The notes below the pieces were generated by a model. The model saw only the letters and a program-made list of their open reading frames with translations. It did not search any database and was not told the origin of the DNA. The position numbers and the translations under genes were made by a program. Below, piece after piece: positions 1 through 12,931 of a stretch of DNA of 41,306 bases. Source of the stretch: Lenisia limosa. Its lineage: Eukaryota; Protista; Breviatea. The stretch is from contig LPNZ01007846.1 in the NCBI GenBank assembly GCA_001655205.1, positions 1 through 41,306 of the forward strand. Reading direction: 5' to 3'. Every line of letters starts with the position of its first letter. The first letter of the stretch is position 1.

Positions 1-501
<501 letters not shown>

Positions 502-521
502 TTTTTTTTTTTTTTTTTTTT

Positions 522-610
522 NNNNNNNNNNNNNNNNNNNNNNNNNNNNNNNNNNNNNNNNNNNNNNNNNNNNNNNNNNNNNNNNNNNNNNNNNNNNNNN
601 NNNNNNNNNN
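522..610. other. Assembly gap
   Basis: N run preceded by a T20 tract (502-521) that starts directly after the DPM1 stop codon. Confidence 1.
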
Positions 611-693
611 AAAAGGCTGTTTTGGAAATATGCTCAAATTGGAAGTGTTTACGCAGGTATGTGGTGTGCTGGAATAGTTGCATTACAAAAGCT

Positions 694-3570
694 CTACATG
701 AACTCCTTAATGGTCAAGTCGTGAAGAAGTCTCAGACCGTACCCATTGCTGCCTTTGGGACGATAACCGATCTGGATAGTAAAGGGGGGAGAAAATGATC
801 ATTTGCAATGCAATTCGATAATTTTATTCGACACTTTGAGGGAAAATTTTTACCATTTTTGTATTTGCCTCGATTTTGGTGAAGAAGTGTTCAAATTGAC
901 CCCCCAACATCTCTGCCGACAGCCTCGGGCGCCAGGTCCAAATGAGCCCATCGCGTTTCAGGCTTCACAAAGCATGACAAGAAGGCGGCAGCGTTGCAGC
1001 ACCCCCCCTCTCCGCCATGACTCCCCATGTTGCCCATGTCGGCGTGACAGCTGGCTTTCTGGTAAAATGGTCATTTGTGGGAATATTCAAGACACACCAG
1101 GGTCGCAGCGGTAACAACGTGGTGCTGCCCGTTTCCTCACTCACTTTGACTTCCTTCACGAATTCCTCGAAAAGTGGCAGGCGCCAGCATCTGTCACCGT
1201 TGGCCTTTCCAATATCTAAGCATTGTTAGAATTTTGGTAACTCAGAAAATAACAGACAAAACACCATAACGAAATGCGCCCAATACCAGTGATAATGTCG
1301 GCGAGATCATCGTGATGCGTGAAGAGTGCGGCAGCGTAGGATCCCAGGGCACCGACAGCGGATCCGGTCAGCGTCGCAATGTTGACCATGAGGTCGGGGG
1401 TGTAAGTGTCCTCGATGTAAGCTAAATGCGTCAGTGACTGTCAAGACCATTGTGGAAACAACATACAGAGAGCGTCAGCAAGGACCAGGCGGCCCTCTGC
1501 GTCGGTGTTTAGAATCTCCACAGTATGACCTGGATGGTCAATACTTTTAACGTAGTAGTAGTGCTACAGGGCCATAAACAGACCTCTGTAACTTTTGAAG
1601 ATATCTCCAGGATGCATTGATGTGGAGTCAATGGAATTCTCAGCCTGTTGTATGACCAAAAAGGATTTGTAAATAGTGCTGCAGGGGGGGGGGGGGGGTT
1701 GNNNNNNNNNNNNNNNNNNNNNNNNNNNNNNNNNNNNNNNNNNNNNNNNNNNNNNNNNNNNNNNNNNNNNNNNNNNNNNNNNNNNNNNNNNNNNNNNNNN
1801 NNNNNNNNNNNNNNNACGTTGACCTTCTGCTTGCCTTCCGCAAGAGATAAGAAGGATCCAAACACATTTGCACTTCCACTCCTGCCAAGAGTAATTCAAC
1901 AGTTAAATACTAAGTTAACAAGCACAGGATTACCCCGTCATCAAAGCCTACATATCCATATGCATGCTTGCATGTGAGGCGCCACGGGGTTTCAGAAACA
2001 GTCCACCTGTGTCAAATGTAATACCTTTGCCAACTAGTGCAACCTAGATACGTTATTATTTTCTTTGGCCCAGATAAAATCAAGCAATTCGACAGGTTAT
2101 CCTTGGGGCTGAGACCAAGAAACACAGACCTTCTTCTTCGAGTCCTTGTTTCCATTGTACTCCAGAATAATTAGCCTGAAAGATTAGTGTGAATGCTGTA
2201 CTATCATAAATGATTTTCTGCTGCTATTGTAACACACCTGGGGTGAACAGTTGCGGCCTGACCAACGGCATTCAGCAAATTCATACCCAGCTCTTTCAAT
2301 TTTGCAGAATCCAAAACTGTCACCTGGTGGTTAGAAATTTGAAAAAGCTGAGTTCACAGAGTTGTGAGGCAAAAAAAAAAATACTATACGATAATTAGCA
2401 TTCCAACGATTTTGCTTAACCCCGCCTTTAATTATTTGAAAAGCGAACCGAAACATTTTCAGTAGACTCAGCCAAAGCACGGGCCTCGGCTTCAATGTAG
2501 GCGGGGTCGACGTAGGATGCTCTTTGGTTGCCAAGAAAACGGGCTTTCTTGAGTCCCGCCACCACAGCTCTTTTCCTCTCAATAGCTTCAAAGTTATCAT
2601 GTTGTAAAATGGGAAAGTAATGGGTATGTTTGTAAGCTTATATGTGTATCATTATTCCCCCACCCACTACAACTGAACAACGACCTACCAGTAGTCGGAA
2701 CATCAGTTATGATGGTGATGGTCTTTGACCCAAAAGCTAATCAGTAAAAGTGGGCTTGGTATCAAAGAATAAACAAGACATTTCAAGTCATCAAGGATTC
2801 AAACCTTTTTCAGTGAGATGGAAGTCGAAGCTATCTTGTCCGAGCTCAAAATACATAGCAAACTCTGATACAACTTCCTGTGAATGGTAAAAGGAAGACA
2901 TATAGTAACTGAGTACCACATTAAATAACCCACAAACCTGTGTATCCAGTACAAGAAGAGGATCAATGAAAATGACAGCAGTATCCTTCTTCATCTTCTG
3001 GATCTGCCAACAATTAAACCTACAGGCTCAAGTGGTCCCCACGTTGCAGACAAGAGCCAGCTCACCTGCTTGGCACATGAGTTGGCAGCCAGCCTGATTG
3101 CCTCAAAAGTGACCTTTTCACGCGGACCGAGTCCGGATACTACGGCCTTCTTGCCTTGATTGTAGAGTTTAACGGATCCCTTACCATCCTATGTGTAATA
3201 AGAGAAGTGATCCGCAGACACTTCAATCAATACCACTTCTTTCTTACCTCTAATTCCTCTTTCACTGCCTCTTCACCAAGATTGTTAACGATCCACTCCG
3301 GAATCTTTAATCTATATTTGTTATCTCAAATAAAAAGCTGCAACACTATCATCATATCCGTCAGGCAAAAGTTTCCAATCGATAACATTCCAACTCCCCC
3401 GTACACTGATGTATCTTTAAGTGTTTCAGCTGACAGGAAGCAGACAACAAGATTGTCTGTCTCCTTGAAACAAGGCTCAAGAACAACCTAATGGTGTTAT
3501 ATGATTAAGAGTTTAGAACAAGATGCTGTGAAGAAAAAGAAGGCAGTTCCCTGACCAAGCGAACCTCCAT
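694..3570 (-). CDS. Cytosolic leucyl aminopeptidase, peptidase family M17 (multi-exon; a few codons fall in gap 1702-1815)
   Basis: Spliced minus-strand translation gives ALVGKGITFDTGGLFLKP (~2040-1990), [56 protein letters not shown] (~1650-1470), IATLTG, CWRLPL, WAHLDLA and a C-terminal PKGSNGYGLRLL...EFM* (stop 694-696). All M17 metal-binding and catalytic K/D/K/D/D/E/R residues are present. Probable start MEVVLEP at 3570. Confidence 0.93.
1702..1815. other. Assembly gap inside the M17 peptidase gene
   Basis: N run next to a G15 tract (1684-1698). Confidence 1.
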
Positions 3571-3645
3571 TGTATTTGGAGGCTAAATGCTACTAACGTG
3601 TTCAACAGTTACTTAAGCGTTTAAAAACAGCAAGAAATCACTTAA

Positions 3646-6600
3646 ATGGCGGCTTGTACCCGCAAAAGCCCAAAAAAATGGCCAAGCCAAACCTTGAGCC
3701 AAACCAAAGAAACCACGCCAAAAAGCCCAAGAAGAAGCTGTGTTTTCTTTAATATCAATTGAGAAAATGGGTCTTGCGGCCTTTGACCGACATAAACTCT
3801 AACTGTTTGGGATTCCTCACGATGCAGTCGTTTGCCCCGTCTATTCGCCTGCTTAGACAGCCTGTATGTTCTGAATGTAGATATTGTGATACAATATACG
3901 GTGATAGTTTGCGTCCTTCCCCCATTTCTCTTGGATTCCCTTTTGAGCAGTTTTTATTTTTGTGAAACAACAACAAAGTTTCTTCAACCTCAAGAACAAT
4001 AGGAGAAGTTTTTCGCTTCTTTAATGAATGCTCTCCAAATGTAGATTATTTTGAAAAGCCTTGGAGTTTTGACAATCCATGACCTATACAGATTGGCTTC
4101 TTTGAGGCATCGCCAGTGGCTAAAAACATGCTGAGACCTTCAATTGTGGGGGGGGGGGGGGCTNNNNNNNNNNNNNNNNNNNNNNNNNNNNNNNNNNNNN
4201 NNNNNNNNNNNNNNNNNNNNNNNNNNNNNNNNNNNNNNNNNNNNNNNNNNNNNNNNNNNNNNNNNNNNNNNNNNNNNNNNNNNNNNNNNNNNNNNNNNNN
4301 NNNNNNNNNNNNNNNNNNNNNNNNNNNNNNNNCGTGACATGGGACCGCCGGTACCCCGAACTCCCTTCAGACCTCTCCAGGTAGGCGACTGACGGAAACT
4401 CATGCTTTGGATTGTGTACTCAGCCTTTAGGAGCCTCACATCACGCCAGACAAAAGAGAAATGGCAACGTCGCCTTTTCAGTTTACGTAGGCAAAGCTTG
4501 ACATGGTATTGGATTGGATTGTTTATCACATTTAGGCCGACCGTCACCCCTTCACAAGGCTCTTTGTTCTCCCCAATGGTGGGGGGGGGGGGGNNNNNNN
4601 NNNNNNNNNNNNNNNNNNNNNNNNNNNNNNNNNNNNNNNNNNNNNNNNNNNNNNNNNNNNNNNNNNNNNNNNNNNNNNNNNNNNNNNNNNNNNNNNNNNN
4701 NNNATTGTGTTGGTAATAGACGAAGGTACTTAGGGTAGAAGCCAACTTATTGTACAGGCGGAAGGGACTCCTGATAAGTTCGCTACGTTCCTCCCGGCTT
4801 CGGAAGCATTCAGGTTTGATGAGGACGCCTTCAGCCAGATACAACCTTGTTTATATTTCTCATTTCTTTTGAATGTTATGAGAGTGTAAAGGATGGTGGT
4901 TGACCTTTCTTAGGGCTATGTCAGTGCCACTTTCAAAACCCATTCCCCCACAGCAAAATACGCTCTCTTCCAGTGTCTTTGTAGGCGAAGAATATTAGCA
5001 TTCCATTGGTACCTGTCTTCTTTCCGACTATTTCTTCCTTCACACACAGGAGTACAATGACCCCGTTCCACCAGTCCCAACCGCCTTTCTTCAGCCGCCT
5101 GTAGTGTAAGCAATGAGTGCATCGAAGCTTTGGAAGAGATAAATTGATAAAAGACTTGTATTGGAGTTGTAATTGAGCGTTATTGACCAAGTAGGCCTCC
5201 TGAGCCACATATATTTTCCCCACCCTCACGACTCCGACACCCCATCTCACAGTATGTAGTATTGAAGTTGTCGCAGTATTTTGTCAAAACAGCATTTTGA
5301 ATATTGTCTTGTTCAATCCGTTATTGGAAATGGATTTCTCTTATTTCGAATGTATTTGTTCTTTATCTGCTAGTTTGTGCATGGGACATAACCCTCCAGG
5401 CCATCATCAGCAACTAAGGTCTCTGTCGGCTCCACCCCGGCCCGCAACGCCGTGTCCAACCAGCTAAAGAACGTGTCGGAAATTCAAACCATCTTCAAGC
5501 AAATACTGGTTGGAGGATTGATGATACAAATTGAAAAAAATGACAATGGGGCTCTTTTAGAATAACTCTACAGAACCACGAGAAGAGACTGGAAAAGCTG
5601 CTCACCCAACGTCGGCATTTGAAGAACACAGAGCCCAAGCTGGTTCGAGGAAAGGAGCGGAAGCGCCACCTCACTGATGGCTCAGATGATGACGTTGAAG
5701 AGCTAGATTCCTTCGCTGACGCTCGGCGCGCAACGTCACTGGCCAACATCGAACAGCAGGTGACTTAGACTTACATGGAATGGTCAAAAAGAATAATTGT
5801 CAGATTAGGTTAACTTTTTAGGTCCGTCTTGCCTTCAACGAACTGCACCATTTGACAGACATCCTTGGTCCAAGCGTGACAGCACTTTCCCCCTTGAAAA
5901 CCAGTGACATTCCGTCGTCATCTCAGAGTACTTCCCTTCTATCACTCCACACGATGCCCTCCCCACACTCCATGAAAAAGAACCCCTTGTCTGCCTCCTC
6001 CCCATCGCTAACCAATGTCCATGGGTCTGCTCTCCACACCCAGCATCGAGTCTCTTTTTCTGACCTCAGGTATGGTCGCCCAATGACTTTCTAACCTGCA
6101 GGTCAAACACACCGCCCGGGTCTGCACACGGGCATCCCTTCACTCCCACTCGAAGGTTTGACAATGCTACTATTCCTCTTCTGGTTGATTTGTTCAATAA
6201 AATCATTGATTTCAATGGGGTGCTTCCCTTGACTGACACCTCAGCACCTCACAAAGACCACGGGTTGTTAGAGGTACAAAGCTGCAGTTCACCTCACCCA
6301 GTGAGCCTATATCTCCTACAGTATAACTTAATCTTCAGGAAAGGAAAAAGAAAGACAGCATCAAAAGCTGGAGTATTCCATTCTTGACTCGGAGTTGACT
6401 GAATACACAACAGAGGAGGATGGAGCGACCCTTGGTCAAAATGGCTGGGAGGGCTTGTCCGGATCTTTTGCTTCTGAAAGAGGTTAGTGTCATACAATAT
6501 AACCGCCTGCTTCCGCACGTGATTGACTTTTTAGGAGAGAAATCAAAGTTGTCCCTTTCTGAGATAGCAAGCCACCCCGCAAAGTCACGAAGAGGACACG

Positions 6601-9600
6601 TGCAGTCTTCGTCAGCTCAGGTCGGTGCCAATTTACCGGTTCCTCGCTGAATGCTTGTTTATTTCTTTAGACTGAAGCTGAAGAGTACAATCAAAACAGA
6701 GAACAATTGTGAGCTTCTGACTTATTTTTGGATTTTGATCACTGGTCATTAACAAAGTAGAATTGAGATGCTTCGAGCCGATATTGCCAAGCAAGCTGAA
6801 GTGGCTGTCGACTTACAATCAAGTTGGACAAACCAAGGTTTATTCTCACCTTTCAGCCTCGGACTTCCAACTGACACAACTGCGATCAAGTGAAGCATCA
6901 GTGTTGTGTTTGCAGACAAGACTCTCCAGTGCCCAAGCAACCGAAGCCGATCTGAGGGCCACCATTGCTGTCACATCGCAGTCGCTCGGTGCGTGTAACT
7001 CGGTCTAAACAGAATACTCATTGTTGTATTTCACTCATTTTCTCCAGATTGAAACCCATAGTCCTTACTGTTTCCAGAATCCACTGTAGAGGAAATGCAA
7101 CGACAGAACCAGAAGCTTAGCAAGGCGGAGGAAGAGCTAGTTAATGCTCGACAAGAATCCGAGCAGCTTCGAAAGCTTGCAGATGAGTGTAAGCTATTGT
7201 CGGGATAAACCTGGTGCAAGAAGACTTGGGTGACAATTCAGCGGTTGAACTCAAGGCTGCCAATGACAGAATTGCAGACTTAGAGGCCCAGTTGACCGGT
7301 TTGAGGGATGAAAGGGTATATGAAGGGTATTGTCATGATTGCACTGACATGATAGTCCCAACTGAGCTTGAAGCCAAACTCAGTCAGGCCGAAGCGAAAC
7401 AGTTGGAAGCCGAAAGCACAGCCGACTCTCTTCGCACTCAGCTGGCCAGTATGCTGCTTGCATCCACGACTGACCATTCAGGCATTGCAGATCTCGGTGA
7501 CCCCTTGAAGCTCACTCAGGTGGAAGAGAAGTTGGAAGCATCAGAGGAGGAAGCATCCTTCCTTCGAAGCCAAATCGACAGCTTGCGAGACACCTGCACT
7601 GACATCAGCCTGAAACTGAAGACTGCTGAGGCGACAAATGTCGAAAGTGCTACGTTGATAGCTGAACAATCGGCCAAATTAGCGGCTGCACAGTCGGAGC
7701 TTGACAGTTTTCCTGATATTAAGGACCGCCTTCAGCTGACAATTGATGAGAACAACGCGCTTAAAGAAGATCACCAGAACCTGGTAACACGTTTCACTAC
7801 TGCCACTACAGAGCTGGATGATCTGCACTCTGACAAGCTAGAGGCTGACAGTCGGATTGAGGAGCTTCAGCAACGTCTGGATGAAATCACCCGGACCGGT
7901 GAGATGCTGGACTCGAAAGAGGAAACTATCCAGTCTCTACAGAGCCGTCTCCACGCTGTGCAGGATCGCGCTTTGTCTGCAGAGGAGCTAGCAACCAATC
8001 TCGAGGCTGAGTTCTGCTCAGCTCAGGAGGACATTGCTTCATTCCTAACCACGAAGCAGCAGCTGATCTCTGGTCACAATGAGACTGTCAGCGGCCTCGA
8101 ACAGACTATTGAGAACCTTCGAGCCGCAAATACCGCTGAACTTTGCGATCTCAGAGATCAGTTATCGGTTCGCAACACCAAATTAGACACTGCGGCGGCG
8201 GAGATTCGAATGGCCAAATCCTCGGTTGATGCTCTTGAATCGGCGTTGACGCAAAACAACGCTCACTGTGCGCAGTTTGAAAAAGAACATAGGGAGGAGT
8301 ACAAAGCCCTTCAGGAAGCAAGTTTAGAGGCAGTTAACAATGTCAAGGCGGACCATAAGAACTGCCAGTCTGAGCTGACTAAGGCAAAACAAACCATCCA
8401 GAGCCTGGAGCAAGACAAGGTTTCCTTGACAGAAACCCAGAAGACACTGGAGTCCACACTAACGAAGCTGGCGCATCAACTTGAAGAACTCGATGACAAG
8501 TTCATCAAGGTCAAGTGCGAGGTTTGCTCAAAAGGATCATAATTTGTTCCCTGTTCAAATATGTAATATAATATGCTCATCTCTTTTAGGCTGAGACTCT
8601 TCATAATGAAGTTGTGTCTTTGAGGGGTGACAACGTATCTCTACGAAAAGACCAGAATAACCTGCTTCAAGGCGTAAGCGTATCAGATGTACTGATTGGG
8701 TCTTATCATACAGGTAACTTCCAGTGAGCAGTCAGCCATTTCCGCTCTCCAGCAGTCTAGAGAAGCGGAAGAGAGTATCCTGGCTAAAGAGAAAGAAATT
8801 TCTGACCTCAGAAGCAAAATTCATTCCTTAGAAGAGGTCTGCTTTTTCGTTTCTCAAATTCACTTCGGTGTTGTTCAGTGATCATAAGATCATATTATAT
8901 CCTTTATAAGGGTGATGGATGATAAATACATGAACCTTTTTTTATCATCTCATCATGAGCACTTGTACTGACGAGCTTAGTCCCACGCTGCATCCAACCT
9001 CGAGGCATCCCTTCGCAGTGCCTCCGACGGCAGTGGCAAGGTGTCAGCCATGCGTGCCAAGGTGGCGCTTCTCGAGGCAAACATTGAAGTACGCAACAAA
9101 AAGACCAACATGAATTCACCTTACAGACGTTGATATTGGAGAAGTCAAAGATGACTGAAGAAGTCCAGGACAAGGACCAGACCATTTCGGACCTACGAAT
9201 CGTCTTGGATAACTCTCTTGCAGGGGCAAAGTAGGTAAAGGGCATGCATAACGAAGGTAAACGATTAACTCACCTATTAGCCCAAAAGACGTGCAGCCCC
9301 CTCTGACTCTCAAATTGCCAGAAGTTGCACCGGAGGTAGTGTTGCCTCTTTTGAACGACGACAACTCACAATGTCAGAACCCGATAACAACAGTCTTACC
9401 AATGCTGCAAGACCTGAGCAAAACACTTTCCATTCTCCTTGTCATGTGCCAGAAGAAGAAGGACATCACCGTCAACCTCAAGGCTCTCAGGACCAAAGTC
9501 AAGGTCCGACCCGGCCGTTGTTTCGTATTTACTCTCCACAGACCACAATTGGTGATATCAAAGGAACGCCAACATCCACACCTTTGACGTCCCCTGTCGC

Positions 9601-10119
9601 AAAGTTCAGTTCTCGGCTTCACACCAGAACGTGGGGAATTGGTTGAATTTGATTATTATACCTCCATGCACATGACCCACCCAGACCCACACCAACAACG
9701 CCGCTTTCAGTTTCGCGATCAGAGCCGAAGCTAACCGAGTCGGTGAAGGAGCAGAAGGAGAACTCTGTGACTCCGCAATGGTTTGGACAACAGCATTGTG
9801 ATGCGTCTTATGGTATTAGTCGCACGCCATCCCCGCAGAAGCCCAAGGTTCCCCAGAAGTTCACTTCATCAACAGGCGGCAAAGTAGGCTCCACAGCTAT
9901 TCAGAGTGTCTCCTTCGTAAGCAGTGTCCATTACCACATCAGGTGACAGCATCTGCTAGCAAGCCCTCCGCCTCTCAAAGAAAAGGTTATTTCCCAGTTA
10001 AGAGAATGATAATAGAGCTATCTGATTCCTTGATAACAGTGCAGGCCGCCCCGTTCCTACCCTCCTCAGGTCCCACCCATCAGCTCCGGTTTCACGATCC
10101 TCCCGTATCTAATGTTTGA
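3646..10119 (+). CDS. Large coiled-coil protein with S/T-P-rich N- and C-terminal regions; family not recognised
   Basis: A chain of in-frame exons includes the ~1.3-kb heptad-rich, E/L/A/K/Q-rich exon in ORF 7214-8542 (LEAKLSQAEAKQLEAESTADSLRTQL...). It is flanked by low-complexity exons (RDMGPPVPRTPFRPLQ, TPTSTPLTSPVAK, RTPSPQKPK). Two N gaps interrupt the 5' part. The start (3646 or ~3679) and the stop (10112 or 10119) are uncertain. Confidence 0.72.
4164..4332. other. Assembly gap
   Basis: N run next to a G14 tract (4148-4161). Confidence 1.
4594..4703. other. Assembly gap
   Basis: N run directly after a G13 tract (4581-4593). Confidence 1.
4823..4870 (+). repeat. Copy of a short dispersed repeat (partner at 38611-38658 on the opposite strand)
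   Basis: ggacgccttcagccagatacaaccttgtttatatttctcatttctttt against the reverse complement of 38611-38658: 41/48 identical, including the exact 15-mer gccagatacaacctt. Confidence 0.7.
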
Positions 10120-10224
10120 CAGTTCTTTTATTTCTTAAATTGTTTCCCCGTTAGTTCTATTTCTTGTACATTAGTTGGCATCCACACATAATATCAATAC
10201 ATATATTTCCACTTCAGCGAGAAG

Positions 10225-12854
10225 CTATTCATAGTCGACCCAACACCTGTGCCGCGTTGCGGACCTCTTGGTCCTGCCGTTCAGCCATTTGAAGCAGGCC
10301 TGCCACATCAATCAAGTCTCATTTAAAAGCAGCCCGTTGTCCCGGAATAACCCACCTTCCTCCCAGGCGTCAATACGTTGCCGGAAGCCCGGGGTGGGTG
10401 GAGGAGACGGAGGGGATAGCGGCAACTGGTATGTTATGAGGGGAAGATCCTACGTTGAGAGGCTTGCCCAGAACATCAAAGTGAAGACCATGGTACGATT
10501 TGAGCTTTCGTAGTTTACTTCCACTGTAACTTTCTACTTAGTTAATAAACGCAAGCTGCCACCGTTCTTCTTGGAATCTTGCGCAATGTGTAACAGTCTT
10601 CTCCTCTGTATGTGAATTCTTTCCCAGCCTAAGCCAAGCGAGACAGCACTGAATACGCTCCACCTGATGCATTAGCTGAAACAAAACTCACCAAATAACA
10701 CCGGGGAGCAAAACTGTTGACCATGGGATGGTGGTGTCTCCGTCCTCCAGTTTCATAGCAATCAGGACCTAGATTTGTGAGGAAGGTAGCCTCTAACCTT
10801 AATTAAGACACTGTGAATTGTGTAAGCCAGCACACAAGTGGCCATTCCAAGCCACCATAATGCATTTGGGGAACTCTTGAGGGTAAGCATCAGTCGGTCT
10901 TCTTACCATTCTGACATCATCGTTATGCATAATGTTGATATTATTACGAACCACTGCGTTGAAGGCGTTCCGGCTGAAAATGACCTTGACATGGAACAAA
11001 CCGATTGGGAAGGTCTGGGTTGAGAATGAAGTGATTGTCAATTTCATGTCGTGCTGCATGTAAAGCATTGTCGTCGAGGGGCTACAGATTGATTGCGACA
11101 GGCGTGACTTACCTCTCCAAACAAAATAATCAGGTATACTGAAGCCACGAAAATGACAAGAAGCAGATCGATTGCGAACATGGGTGAGAACACTGCGTAC
11201 CAAGTCCATGTTTCCATCTTGCCATCCATCTGCAAATATCATTCATTGGTTCCAAACAACTCCATTGCTCATTTTGACAAACCTTGTTAGCAATCAGAGC
11301 CTCAAAGATCCAGAAAGGGAACACAATGGCGTAGTAATCCGATGTCGTCGTCAGGGCTGTGACTCCCTAATTGTTAATAAAAGTGGTAACTCTGTTTACC
11401 CATGCTTGATTGGCAACTGGCCAAGTGGTGCAATTGCAGTACACCTAAACCTTGAGACCTGTGATCCTATTTATACCTTAAACACAATAGCCACAAGGAA
11501 GACAGCCCAATGGGAACTGAAAACGACAATCCAAGGAATTTCAATCCATCTTAACGCCCGAAGCATCGTGATTAATACGCACAAAACGGGGGTGATATGC
11601 GCAGCAACTGCCTGAAAAATCATGAATGGACAATCTACCAGCAGACCTCAGATATCTTTGACATCAAGGGGACTTCTGATCTTCGAGTTTTGACGAAGAC
11701 GTCCCATCCAATGAACAATAGAAGCAGGTCTAAATGGTAACCGAATTCAGCATTAAGGTTTTACTCCATTAGGTTCTAACTCGTCCTCTACAACTGAATT
11801 TTATTCACCCACCAAGAATACAGGCAATGGCAATGGGCAGACTAACAACCGCCTCGTTACTGAAGGGACTGCAAAGTCAAACACGACACTTGGTCTCTTA
11901 CCTGTCAAGATGAATGCCTGTTAAGCAAATGGTTGACGCTCTAAAGGGTATAAAGTCACATGAGCAACGGTCTTACCCTGTTGCCGCCCACACAATAATA
12001 GTTAAAATTCTCAAAAGGCTTCGTTTATAGTTTCCACACAGCATCTTGTTTGTATCACTACTTGTTTTTTTGTCAACACTATAAAGTTAAACATATCATA
12101 TCATATTCAGTGTATTCATCCTTACGATACGATAAATTTGGCAGCCTCAAAGTAACATTGACGAGGGTTGGTCGCAAAGTAATCTGAACAAAGTGAAGTT
12201 CTTCTCGTATATTTCCAACCTAGTAATATATGGTAAGTTGCATTTTCATTAGTGATGTTGAAAACAAAGAAATAGGCTTACTTGATGTGCACAGGGCATT
12301 TTGCTGAGACTGTCACATGTGAGAAATGGGAACAAATGTGACATTACCTTTGTGTCAATGAGGTCGATTTCAAAGTCTTGCTCGACAAGCTTTCTCCAAA
12401 TTACATAACCTGTGGAATAAAATACCCAACTATAATACTACATACATTTTGAAATTTGATGTAATCTTCTTGACACAAATGATAGTTTCAAAACATGTTT
12501 AGAGTCATTGAGACACTGCTCATGTTAGAAAGAAACCGTTTTTATAACCTAACCATAAAAACTTTTGCAAGAGCTTCGTTAGACAGTTTCAGGAGACAAT
12601 TATTTGAGTCTTTTTCAGTGTCGTCGTCATTTCTTGGGGTAATGTTTTGAAATGGGCTTACTCAATATTCTGACATCGAGGAGAAGGACTTGGAGGGATC
12701 TTTGGGAGAGTGTGGACATCTGGGAACAGAAAATGCCATGTACGTGTTGTACTAGCTACGAAGTAAATCTAATTCAACGCCCCTTACGATTTTCAAACTG
12801 AGATACTCTACGTCTTTGCCTTCTTACAAGGGGGGACGCGAGGAGTGGAATCAT
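10225..12854 (-). CDS. N-terminal F-box followed by four TMEM185/TMEM203-like (Tmemb_185A-type) membrane repeats
   Basis: In-frame spliced F-box: CLLKLSNEALAKVFMCLNDSKHVLKLSFVSRRLHQISKCYVIWRKLVEQDF (~12600-12360). Repeats: LTGIHLDSPFSNEAVVSLP, LRALRWIEIPWIVVFSSHW, LIANKMDGKMETWTWYAVFSPMF and LIAMKLEDGDTTIPWSTVLLP. These match the recalled TMEM185 repeat L.LKLD...W.W..VF.P.W. Both gene ends are approximate. Confidence 0.72.
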
Positions 12855-12931
12855 GGGGCCTACGACCAATGACACATTACCATTCACAACTGAATATTTC
12901 GTTTGGCATTCACTCTACAAATGCGCAACCC

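Noticed and set aside
502-521. T20 after the DPM1 stop as a retro-insertion poly-A tail or an intrinsic terminator
   Set aside because: It abuts an assembly gap, shows no TSD or hairpin, and both flanking genes keep their introns.
4814-4914. Intronic TGATGA as a C/D-box snoRNA (also considered for 38865-38999)
   Set aside because: No correctly placed CTGA box D with a terminal stem at 4.8 kb. The 38.9-kb candidate overlaps a predicted exon and also lacks a stem.
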